Positions 12,334-24,009 of a DNA stretch of 64,000 bases are shown here, one piece after another. The DNA is taken from assembly GCF_000150275.1 (NCBI RefSeq), contig NW_002060948.1, forward strand, positions 2,720,180 through 2,784,179, read 5' to 3'. A model generated the notes under the pieces. The model was not told the DNA's origin. It made no database searches and worked only from the letters and a program-made list of their open reading frames with translations. The translations under genes were made by a program, and so were the position numbers. The stretch comes from Trichoplax adhaerens. Lineage: Eukaryota > Animalia > Placozoa. Every line of letters begins with the position of its first letter. The stretch's first letter is position 1.

Positions 12334-15300
12334 CTAACGATGTGCTGGATATGACGTTTGATCATAAGTAGGTAGTGTTTGTGGTTGTTGCGAATATTGT
12401 TGTGTGTAAGGTTGCGCTTGTTGTGTGTAAGGTTGAGCTTGTTGTGTGTAAGGTTGCGCTTGTTGTATGTAAGGTTGCGCTTGCTGTGCGTATGGTTGCG
12501 CTTGTTGTGTGTAAGGTTGTGCTTGTTGTACTTGAGGTTGTGCTTGTTGTACTTGAGGTTGTGCTTGAGGTTGTGGGGCATATGCAGATTGCTGAGGAAC
12601 TGCAACGCTTTGTTTCATTGACAGCATCTACAAGAAATAGAGATGAGATAGATATTTCTATGAGTATAAACGATTTCATTAAGAATATTATTACTTTTAT
12701 AGTGAACTAGCTGTTGTTGTATTTCTACAGTATAAGTTTAGAACTACTATTTACTACGTGTATACCTGGTTCGCTGTTCCCGTAGTATCCAATCGTGAAG
12801 CGCGAGCGAAAGCTACAAAATGGAAGATAGCCACACCTAAGTAGCTAGAGTAAAATATCGTGACAACGATATTTGTAACTAAAGAGCCAATAATAACTGG
12901 ATGACCTGAAGAGATGACCCTAACAAGATTGCTAATATTTATGCACGAAATAACTATTCCTCCAATTGCTGCCAGACTGCCGATAACAGAGAATGCAACA
13001 TGGGCAGGACCCTATAGAATCAATATAGAAAAAGCTTGCTTAATGCATATGCCATGATTAAATTTTACTTGTCAATGCTCTACTAATCATAAAATAAATT
13101 CATACCAATTATACTCTAGGATATACAGTATATATATAAAGATAGAAGGCGTTCGTCTTCTTTAAAATAACAGTCGAACGAGGTACAGTAGAGACTACAA
13201 AAATTTCTGCTTCAACATGAATTGCAATTTCTAATAATAACTTTAGTACGTAATTATTAATTATGATAAATATATTCTTTTACTGATCTAAATAAAATAA
13301 TTCTTTAGTTAGTATTACTCGTATAGCATGTACACAGTGTTGGCTGGCAGTAGGTTATAACCCCGGTCAAATAACTCAAGAATTCAGTACAAAAGTACAA
13401 CCTAAGTCAAATAATAGGCTGTAACAAAGGGTTATAACCAAAGTCAATAGCCAGGAATCACGAAAAACCCGTATTTTTCCAACACTGTGCACATGCATTT
13501 TAGCGTTGAAAGGATATTATGATATACAACAATTTCAAAACTACAACTAGAAGTATTGTAAATAATCTGACGAACTATTTACTCGTATTCTTAAGTATAT
13601 TCCAAAGATATGTAAGTAATTATAAAGTGGTTATATTATGTTGGATATCTAGCCATCATTTTTAAGTTTTTTTAAGTTATATTAAAATATTTTACAATAT
13701 CGCTGAGCTTACAATTTTTCGTCTGTAGACACCATTGTTATAAGTGGCTATACCTATTGAGCAACTGACGATTATCTGAAAATGTTGATAATTATAAATT
13801 TCAATGTTATTAAGAAAGGCTATTAATGGATTTATATTTATATTTGATATTACAGGTTAGTATATAATAGTTTAGTACATTACTAGCAACGATAGAATTA
13901 CACTTATATACCTTATAATGTGCTTACATAATATAACTATAAAATACGATCTTTTCTTCTATTATAATTAATTTAAATTGAGATATAGGTATAATGTAGT
14001 AGAGTGTGTAGAAATGAAGGAAGGTTATTCTCATCGTAAATTGGTTAGTGTAATCATTAGTTAATTGATAAAGTAGAAGCAAAAGTTCCTCTAGACTTTG
14101 AATATCATCCAATAAGACCGACATGATAATTAGATTTTATCTTTTGATCTACAGTATTTCACGGCGTGTATAAGATTGAAACAATGTTGTAGGGAGAATT
14201 ACATATTACACGATAGAAAATGGAATAGATTCGAATCGTTAATAGTAAAATGAAATTTTGATATAGTAAATATCGAATTGATTAGCTATAAATTAACTAA
14301 TATTCAGTTGGATGTCAGTGATAGGGTTCTTGATTCGATATAAAAGTTTACAAGTCATAGATATTACTGTTATATCGTATTGATGAGAAATTTTTGAGGT
14401 ATTGCTTTCTGATAGAATAATTTACTCATGTATAGTTGCGTATTCTTACAACATCACGTATATAAATGTATTTGAACTACGGTATACTCGTATATACTTG
14501 TTATACAGTATGTTGCGGTCTATAATATGATACACACGTACACTTTTATTTGGAGTCGACGAAGAGGTGTCAGAATCATCAATTAATTATACATCAGGCT
14601 ATGTGCTTAAATAGCGAGAGAGAAAAGTTAAGTTAATAAGAATCAAATTGTTGGTACAAAAGGTACTGAATATGAAATCAGTTTTTTATGCAAATCTCTA
14701 ATTTGATCCGTATTGAAATATAATTTATTAATCTTGTGCATCAATGTACTCATTGAGGAAATGATTACTGAGGAGCTAATAATATAAATTTTTTGACTAA
14801 AGAGGATAGTTCAACATGCAGTAGTATAAGCTATTTAATGATAGAAAAATTTTCCAAAAAGGAGTAGTACGAAATACAATCTGATTGATGATTCAAGAAA
14901 ATATTCAGTTGAATGTGATGATAAAATAACGGTTATTTTTAGCAATCACTTTTTATATTATTGATTGGTATTGCAATTCATTTTGTACTGCAAAGTCGTA
15001 AAGAAATTCATTATACTTATTAGAGAATAAGTTGTATTTACTGAGAAGTTCAATAATAAGATAGTGGATACGTGTCTTAGTCTTAATATTTTTCGCTCTA
15101 GGATTTGATCTGTTGCACCTTTGCTGTAAAATTAACTCTCTTTGATGAATGGCACCCTACCATTGCATAGTACTGTATTACATGGTGAGTATTTTCGATC
15201 TGATCCAGGATGTTGGTCGTGTAAAGGTGAAAGTAATTTTTTAATTTTTTATAACTCAATTCCAGTAGTTTAAAATGGATCATTAATCCATTGAATATCT

Positions 15301-16110
15301 TGTATGTTTACTTATCAGAATGTTTGGCTGAAAAAGAGTTCATTGAATATCGCAAGAGTGTAGGACTTCCTGTACACTGTACAGTATGTCACGCTGTTAT
15401 TTTGTTTAATAATAATCAACAAGTGAAGGTTATTTTCAAAGGGGGGAACGGTTGAATTTTACGAGATTTTACATGTGTAAGCCTATACTGTACAGTCTGT
15501 ACGAGTATATCATAAAGTAAAATCCTATTGGAATTGTCGAGTGGGATATTATTCAATAACTAGGATAGCTCTATGCATTCTTGACGACTAAGATTAATCT
15601 ACTGTAAGATGTGACTGTTATAAAACAGTAGGGTAGGTACACCATCTTCACTTGTAAGAGCAAATTGACTTTCATATTACTAAAAATTGTGACAGGCAGC
15701 GAGATTGGATGTAAGACTACCGAGAATGTGGAAAAATGAAGAGTAAAAGTAAAATTTTCCTCCTTTCAAGACTACTATAAGAGTAAAGGACATATGACCT
15801 CTAAAATAACATGAGTACAATATTGTCAGTACAAACGACCAAAGAGCAGGAAACAGAATCGACTTCATACTGTGCTACTATCATCGCCACTTACCAAAAA
15901 TCCAGCCCAAAAACAATGATAGTACGTTCTAATCCCAAGAAGATACTGGCCAACTTGAGGAATAAAGGCAAGACCCCCAGCTATGATTATAATTATTCCA
16001 AAAGTTAAAAAACTGATACATTGCCTGGTAATTTTTATTGCCAGTGCCATTTGAGCAACTGATCTGGGCGCTGGAATACCGCTAGGTTGAGTGGTGACGA
16101 ATGTGGCCAT
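12334..16110 (-). CDS. CD20/MS4A-like four-transmembrane protein, paralog 4 (exons 16110-15895, 13775-13713, 13011-12766, 12627-12334)
   Basis: MATFVTTQ...YYHCFWAGFL / IIVSCSIGIATYNNGVYRRKI / GPAHVAFSVIGSLAAIGG...GTANQ / MLSMKQ...(QQAQPYT)n...LPTYDQTSYPAHR*. Canonical GT-AG sites. Confidence 0.78.
12397..12575 (-). repeat. 21-bp coding minisatellite encoding (QQAQP[Y/Q]x) x~8
   Basis: The unit ttgttgtgtgtaaggttgcgc repeats on the plus strand; the minus frame reads QQAQPYT. Confidence 0.95.
13326..13496. mobile_element. MITE-like element (171 bp) in intron 2 of paralog 4
   Basis: Terminal inverted repeats gcatgtacacagtgttgg / ccaacactgtgcacatgc (17/18 match) and two internal ggttataacc palindromes (13353, 13430). 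No coding capacity; no clear target-site duplication identified. Confidence 0.55.
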
Positions 16111-17050
16111 TGTTGAACAATACTAGGCTAAAAGTGTACGTTTTTATCCACAGACTGAAAATACTCTGTTGCAATTTTCAAATAGCCTCCAATTACAAGA
16201 TAGTATGGCTATCCAAGATGACTGTACCGCTAATGCAAAGGTTAATAATATTGCTACAAAATTGAATGTTGCACTGACTGCCCAAAGTTTTCTGTCAAGG
16301 AAGTTCTTTTTACAGCTGATTCACTCTCGCCTTTCACTAATAGTGTGTTGACGATTGCAATACGGAAAGTATTTCAATAGCAGTTACAGTAGCGTAGGTG
16401 CTCTTACTCTCCACTGACAATACTCTACTGTATATAATGTAATGTGATCATAGTGATGATCACAAGGGCTGTAGTGAATTGACCAATGCAATAATAATAC
16501 AGTACAATACAATACTGTATAGTTGGACCACGATTATAGGGGCAGGCGACCCCTGGGAAAATGACTGAAAGATAGTCTGTCAATATGTTGCTTTGAATTA
16601 CTGTATGTTTTTCAATTTTGAAGAAATGGACTTTTAAGTTGGCTCCAATTGCATACAGAAAGATCAGTACAACCTTGAGCAATTGGCTCTTGATATTTTC
16701 ATTATTTTTATCACAGTATTAAATAATAAATAATTCTATTTCTTTCAACTTTCCTATATAAACGATCAGTCGTCTCTCCAATCAATTTCCAATTCACGTC
16801 GTCCAAGCGACGCCCGGTGATACCGAGTGACACCCACTATTGTCAATAAAGTACAATATCGCTATTGTGCTCAACCAATTGGAGTACTGCAGGCCGTTCA
16901 CTAGCCCGTCCAGTGACTACAATAGTCAACGACATACGTCATAACTGGTAACCTAGTTCAGCATAATCGACCAGAGAACTGGTTGATCAACAAACTGTAT
17001 TTCCATCTTAGGCTCGAATTTTCATTGCTGTATGTTGACTATAAATTAGT

Positions 17051-17290
17051 AAATCTAGCCTACCATCAACCTCCAATTGTTGTACTGTAAGTATCCCATT
17101 ACTCTATGTTTTCTACCCATCAGGAAATCTGCCCTACCATAAATCTCCAATTACTGTCTCTACTGTATGTACACTATACAGTACTCAGTACTGTACTGGA
17201 AGCATTCCATTACTGTACAGCATGTTTACTACATGTATAAAGTACCCAATCTGGCCTACTGTCAACATCGAATTGCTGCTGTACTGTAAG
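17051..17290. repeat. Degenerate short tandem repeat, 3 copies
   Basis: aatct(a/g)(g/c)cctac...c(c/g)aatt(g/a)... occurs at ~17051, ~17125 and ~17248. Confidence 0.6.
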
Positions 17291-18099
17291 CTGTTAAACC
17301 TACCAAAATAGACCACTTTCTTATTTCGTATCCACGGAAAAAAGTCCTAAATTGATGCGCTTGATTATCCTGTTTCTATAATACTAGCCGGATACCATAC
17401 TGTGCGACTAATGTTACGATTAGTAAGAGAATACAAGCTTCATTGATGTTATACAGTATCTGTATATATCACGCACGATATTACGCATTACATAGTCAGG
17501 GCTGAGCCTTCTACAACTTGCTCTACGCAGGGAGTCTGTTACTATTGGTCTAGTTAGAACCATTTTTCGTTTTCAAAATGGAGTAATTTACAATTACGCC
17601 TATTAATTATCATGATATTGCTGGCTATAACAACAATACTGGTATTTATTGCACACTTCTGAGAAATTTTCTTTTTGAATTGAATTAGAGTACCGTAATT
17701 ACATATGTATTGTATGGACATTAGACATGCTGTACATTCATTCAATCGCTCACCACCCTAATTTAACCTATTATAATACAGTAACAATTCTTTCATAATC
17801 AAGATAGTCTATTCTTGCATTTCTAGCTCTTTCTACATTTAGAGTGATGTTTTGAAAGGATCTGCAAGTAGAAAATGCAATATACGCGTATAGCTGACCA
17901 CGAGAGAAAACTTCCTATCTTAAATCTATTCCTACTTTATCAAAAGTTTGTCCTTACGATTTATTGATCGTCATCGTCAATGCTACTCTAACAGAGAATT
18001 GATAACGTTTCAATGGAAACGGTCAATCATTCTAAGTACAGTATGGTATTCAAAATTTTGCAGTACAGTGCTCTTACTGCAATCATCACCGCTATCTAC

Positions 18100-19310
18100 C
18101 GGTGTCGATATGTAGTGTACAGTACACTGTACGCGTGAGATTGGACGATTTCTTTCTTTTTTTTTTTAAATATGTCAATGCATGTCTAATGTATCAGTAG
18201 GACAGCTTAAACGAAGTGTATAAAAAAATTTATGCAAAATGATCAGGCCTACTGTACACTGTCCGTACAGTACGACAGTTTCAGCTAAGAACTTTTCATA
18301 AACTGGCGGAATCGAACGTACTTCATGTACAGTACAGTACTGTACTGTAGGTTTTTTTTCTTATAACTTTATGCGATGGATCGATTTACAGTACTGTACT
18401 GTACGTACAGTATACCAATTTCTTACTACTGTACTGTAGACTTTCTCTGTGGGCGCTACAAATCCATGAGTTTACAGTACTGTATGTAGAAATAAAATGA
18501 TTCAAGTGTTATTTAAAATTTACTTTTACTAACTAATATAGAACATTCAGCTCATTAGCTACATGCTGGTATAAAATCGATAAAGTTTTGATATTGATAA
18601 TAGTATTTAAATAGAATTCTTATATTCTAAAGTGAATGTAAACATGCTGGCCACCGATGAGCTGTCACAGTACTGTACTGTACTTTGCCATCTAAAAATC
18701 TGAAGAATTAGTAAACATGGGGTAACTACGTAGGGGATATACAGTATAATAAATATATTATTATACTGTACAGTACAGACGGAATACAACTTTGATTGAT
18801 TTTTGAGCGAAGGGGAGACATGGAAAAAAATAATTATAATAATCATACTGTACAGTATTACAGTGTACAGTACACTGTACAGTACAGTACAGTACTGTAC
18901 TGTACTTTGCCATCGAAAAATCTGAAGAATTAGTAAACATGGCGTAACTACGTCGGGGATATACTGTATAAATATTATTATACAGACGAAATACAACACC
19001 GACGAACTGTCACAGTACAGTACAGTACTTTACTTTGCCATCTAAAAATCTGAAGAATTAGTAAACATGGCGTAGTACTTACCTAATATTACTATACAGT
19101 ACTGTACAGAGTATTACAGACGGATTACTGTACAGTACAGTACAACACCGACCAACTGTCACAGTACTGTACACTAGTGTACAGTACAGTACTGTACACT
19201 GAGTACTACAGTATGTGCTCATGGTACTGTACAGTACTGTACACTCTGAATGTACAGTGCGGTACAGTACTCTTGGCACTGTACTGTACACAGTGTACAG
19301 TACATTGTAC
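18100..19310. repeat. GTAC-rich low-complexity tract with embedded tandem repeat (3 copies)
   Basis: tactttgccatc(t/g)aaaaatctgaagaattagtaaacatgg occurs at 18681, 18903 and 19031, separated by variable cagta/tactg arrays. Confidence 0.9.
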
Positions 19311-19712
19311 ACGATAATAAGAATAATTATTACAAGGGAAAATTAACAATTTAGAAGATAACTTTGCCAAATTTATTAATATAGAAGAAGAGACCACGTG
19401 ACATTTATACGCAGCCGCAGTCCGTATGGCATGTAATTTTATTACAATTAATTATTATTATAGTAGTATTATTATTTATCACTGTTGTTGTTATCACTCA
19501 ACTAGATTAATAAGCCGCTAATCTAAACTGGGATAGAAGAGAGAAAATATTGATTTATATTGCATCTCCACTCTCCCACTTGATCTATTTCTACTTCAAA
19601 ACTGCGATCAATTTCATCTTTTGAAAGTGCCATTGGCTGCCCTATCCAATCAACTGGAAATCTACATCCAAATTGTCATTCATTGTCGGGGCAAAAATAA
19701 CCTAGCCGAAAG

Positions 19713-22700
19713 ATGCCTTCAACCGTTTCTCATTCGGCTTCAGTCAATTTTTACCTGGTAGCAGGTCGAAGAACATGTCTATTTCTTCTCATTAGTGGAG
19801 CGATACTTATATTGAATGGCATCTCTTCCTTTTTCATACCATTCGCTAACAATTTCTTTTACCATTTATTTTGGGCCGGAGGAATGGTATGTATACTTGT
19901 ATAGTATCCATACAATCAATCTTTACATAAACTGAGATTGCAAATGCTATCAAGCGTAAATTCAATTGGGTTCAACTAGATTCACACCATCGTGATTAAA
20001 ACGATTCCATTTTCCGTTTTACGCCTACTAAAGGCTTTCAAAATTTCTTTTTACTCTTCACTAAACTCATCCTTATAGCTATGGAAATGGATGATTTCAT
20101 TCCCTCCTTGTTAACGATGATAGTCTACCAGCAATGAAATTAGTTCAAAATTGCTCTGTCTTATGTTGCTTGTAATCGAGTTGATCGCCATTGGGTGGAC
20201 CTGGTGTCAACCAATATCATGCTCGGTATTGCCCACTTACTTTGGACGTTTTTGGTTCATGTACATCGTTCTTTTTTCTCTCCCTCTTCATTTTAATCGA
20301 CGTGCATCAACATCTTCTTAATTTTAAAATGAACATTTATCACACTCAAGTCTACCGTAAAGCGGAAATTCTCATGATAAGAAAACGTGCGGTACTCTAC
20401 AGTATTGTATATGCAATGCGGCCCTAAATCATGCGTGTGTGAATATTGTACAGTATACTGTACAGTATATATAAATATCAATCAACATCGGCCTTTCTCA
20501 TCTCGATTTACTACTGTAATAATGATCCATTTTATTATTGATATCAGCGATGAACAGATTGAAAATCACAAGCAGATGTGATTTACAATCATCAAGCACT
20601 CTCTTTCCGACTAATTTTCACTATAGGCTAGGATTCAACTTACCGTAGCTAGCGACATTTTTTTGGTGACTGGTCTGCAATAAAATGAAGTCATAAGGAT
20701 ATAATCGTATCATGATTATTATATATTTTTATTAATGATCATCATTGGTCATAATCATTGGCAGAAATGCTAACGTTCTTAAAAAATTGGGGTCAATTTG
20801 AAGCTTACAGGTTTGACTTCTTCCCTCTACTTCTTTTATGTTTTCCTTACTCGCTAGTAGTACTGTAGTCGTTGAAATTTTAACAATCTTCTACGATAAG
20901 AGTATTTCGATAAGGGCAATTTATCAGGTTCCCTAATACAGTACAGTAGTTACATTAATATCTTTCGTGCCGTCTTTTCCAAATACTGTACTGCTGGATT
21001 CATCTACACGCATAGGAGAAGAGAATAAAGTCTAAAATAACTAGTAGTGTCTTTCAGTATCAATAGTGCACCATAGCTTTTTATTATTGCATAGATATAC
21101 ACGTTTATACTGGAAGTAGCGTGGAGATTTCATGGTCGTAATGGAGCTCTCGACTAATGTATTGGTAGCGATATTGCTTTAGGAATATAACGTGACCAAA
21201 AAAATAAGCTGGATAAATCGAAAGTCATACTGTACGTTACAATTTCTTTTGGCAAACCTTTACTGTAAACTAGTTTAAAGTAGGAGATTCATCGAACGTA
21301 TATGAAATAACTTTGCTTCGATTGAGTGCATTACAGTAAGTTAATTGACCGTGAATATAATGCCTTTTATTTTCCCATTACAAAAATGAATAATAAAAAT
21401 AATAAGAAGAGTAAAATATAAATACAGACCAATGTTTACTGGAGTGTAGAAGATATTACCACGGAATACTAAAGAGAGAATCCCGATCTTCTCTCTTTAG
21501 CAGTCCTTGGCTGTAAAAACGATGATACATTATTCTAGGAGTCTAGACTCCTAGAATAATGTATCATCGTTAAAGCTATTTTTCTAGACTCTTAGAATAA
21601 TGTATCATCGTTTAAGCTATTTATGCTGAGTATCTGAGTAATCGGGGTTATTATGAGCGGGTGTCCTGGATTTCATTCCGTAATAATAATTTCGAATAAT
21701 AATAATAATGACTTGCAAATGTTTCTCGATAATCTCGCATATTTCCCTGCTGTGTCAACATGTTGAATCGCCCAAGTGTGATAATTTTAGTTCTAAACAC
21801 GATAAATGATAACGAATGGATTGATTTTATTAATAATTAATTGAATGATCAAGCGATAAAAGTGTCTTTTTTTTAATTATCAAGTTGAGCAATGATTATA
21901 ATATAATTGCTGATTAGCAATACCAATATTAATTTATGGTAGTGAAAGAGAATAGCACAACATACTGTATGGATGATAACTTTTGCACTACTGTACTGCT
22001 CGATAGATGAGCAGGTTGAAATCTTTCAGTAAGTATCTTGGCATCAAAATTACGGCATATTTATGTTATTTAATAATATTCATAATATCTTAGAGCCTGC
22101 TTTAATTAAACAGTTTTATAGCCAATTTTCGAAATAGGCAGAAAAATCACTGCAATGTTTACCGTTGCATCTTTGTATTTCGACGTCTTAACAGTAGCAA
22201 TCCCACACATTTTGCAAAGTCACTTTGTATTCACTCATTATTTTGCGGTGCTCATAATAGTGGGCCATCGCCGAGACAATCTATCGTTAAATTAATTCCC
22301 ATCACAGTATTAGTTTATACCAGTGAAGCAATACTGGCCAAATCTAATATGTTTCCATACAGTAATTTTCGTATAAGGTCGTAGTGAAAGCGGTTCAATG
22401 ATATACCAATCTATTTTGAATATCCATAAGTTACTGCAATTTTTTCCCAACGACAGATTTGCCCTTAGATAAATTATAATTTATAACATACTGTACACAC
22501 TGATACATTGTATCAGGTTTGTACACCCAATAAACTTGTGACATCGGCGTGGTAATTTATTCTGCATGTTCATAATAACATGCTGTAAATATTTTCGAAT
22601 ACTGTCGCTGATTTACCAGTAGATGAATTCTGCGAGTATAATTGTGCGCGTTTTAATTACAAAATCTCGGATATTGGACCGTATTCCAAAGCACTGATAA

Positions 22701-24009
22701 TTAAGCATCACTCTTGGTGTACCCATATTTACTGTACTGTATGATAGACCGGTCATCTTACAGTAAAGAATTTCAATAGTGACGAAAATTAAATGAGAAG
22801 ATACAGTCTAAATTGATGCTGCTGATGGGAAAAAAACTCTAGAATTATACTATTGCACAGAAATCCGGTAATACTGGCAGAAGAGGTGGATGCAGTCATC
22901 CTGTATTGACATGGCGTAAGATATTTCGCTGATTTTATATCAGATATCTTTAATTTCCGTAGGATTAGTTGTTAAATAATTTAAAATTAAGCGCTATTGG
23001 TCGGTGTACTCTTCTACGAAACGATAATATATATCTGTATATTTTTCATGAAAGACTACCGTGATTAACAGTCAAGAGTAACTTCTAGAGTAATAGCTTG
23101 TTTCAGGACATGCTTTACTAACAAATTTCTATTAGATATGTTTTATAAATGTCTTTTAATTCTATATCATTTGTCGATAGTATATCTATGTATGGCAAAC
23201 ATTATTCGCAGTAAGCATTAGGAGATGAATTTACAAAGTTGATAAAACTCTAAATCTTTTGGCGTTTACTTTATTATAGATCTTATGTACTGGATCTATC
23301 GGGGCTAAACCATATGGAGGGCTAGCATCAAGAGCGGCAGTAAGTTCAATAACACATAATTAAATATGGTATTAGCTTGTTAGAATTGTTAAAAGAAACG
23401 TCAAAGGCTAACTTGGATATCTTCCTTGAATCTTAATTAAACAGTTACGGCATTTCTTTGGCTTCTGTATAATGGCAATATTGGCATCTGTTGCTGGTAT
23501 CATTCTATCAGTAATGACAATTATTGCTGCTTTGTCACGATATGGCACTGACATGAAATTCGGAATGAATGTTGCTGTTATCGTCTGGTATGCCATTACA
23601 ATCATGGCTCTGTTTAGGGCTATATATATTTATGCTCAGATATCAAAGTATTTACAGCTTGTTTCATCTTCAGAGGTAAGATGAGAAAATATTTTACAAT
23701 ACTCGACGTACTATTGCCTGAAAATAAAGAATGTAAGAAGAGAACATTTTCAACTTAACCTAAAAAAATTGTTTATTCAACTTTTAGACAAGAAATGAAT
23801 TGGCCGTTTCGAGCTGTCAATCTCGCAATCAATATGTGTCACCACCAACATATGATCAAGTTGCTAGTGGTACTGCTGGTCATATTACGACTGATGTTGA
23901 CAAGGATAACGATAGTACTTTACCTGGTCAGTCCAATGTTTTACCACCGACTTATGCAAGTATAGAGGCATTTTCAAAATATACCCCAAACGATGATGAG
24001 GCCAAATAG
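19713..24009 (+). CDS. CD20/MS4A-like four-transmembrane protein, paralog 5 (exons 19713-19886, 23280-23339, 23445-23675, 23788-24009)
   Basis: MPSTVSH...FYHLFWAGGM / ILCTGSIGAKPYGGLASRAA / LRHFFGFCIMAILASVAG...SSSE / TRNELAV...SPPTYDQ...LPPTYAS...EAK*. The most divergent paralog, with the same exon phases. Confidence 0.75.
21469..21622. repeat. 12-bp hairpin, perfect 54-bp palindrome and 41-bp direct repeat in intron 1 of paralog 5
   Basis: Hairpin ctaaagagagaa-8nt-ttctctctttag (21469-21500). Palindrome aacgatgatacattattctaggagtct|agactcctagaataatgtatcatcgtt (21518-21571). The right arm is repeated at 21583-21622. Confidence 0.95.

Noticed and set aside
12330-12710. Four alternative-frame or antisense ORFs over the 21-bp minisatellite
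   Set aside because: Only the QQAQPY frame follows the splice acceptor in phase with the upstream exons; the others are repeat artefacts.
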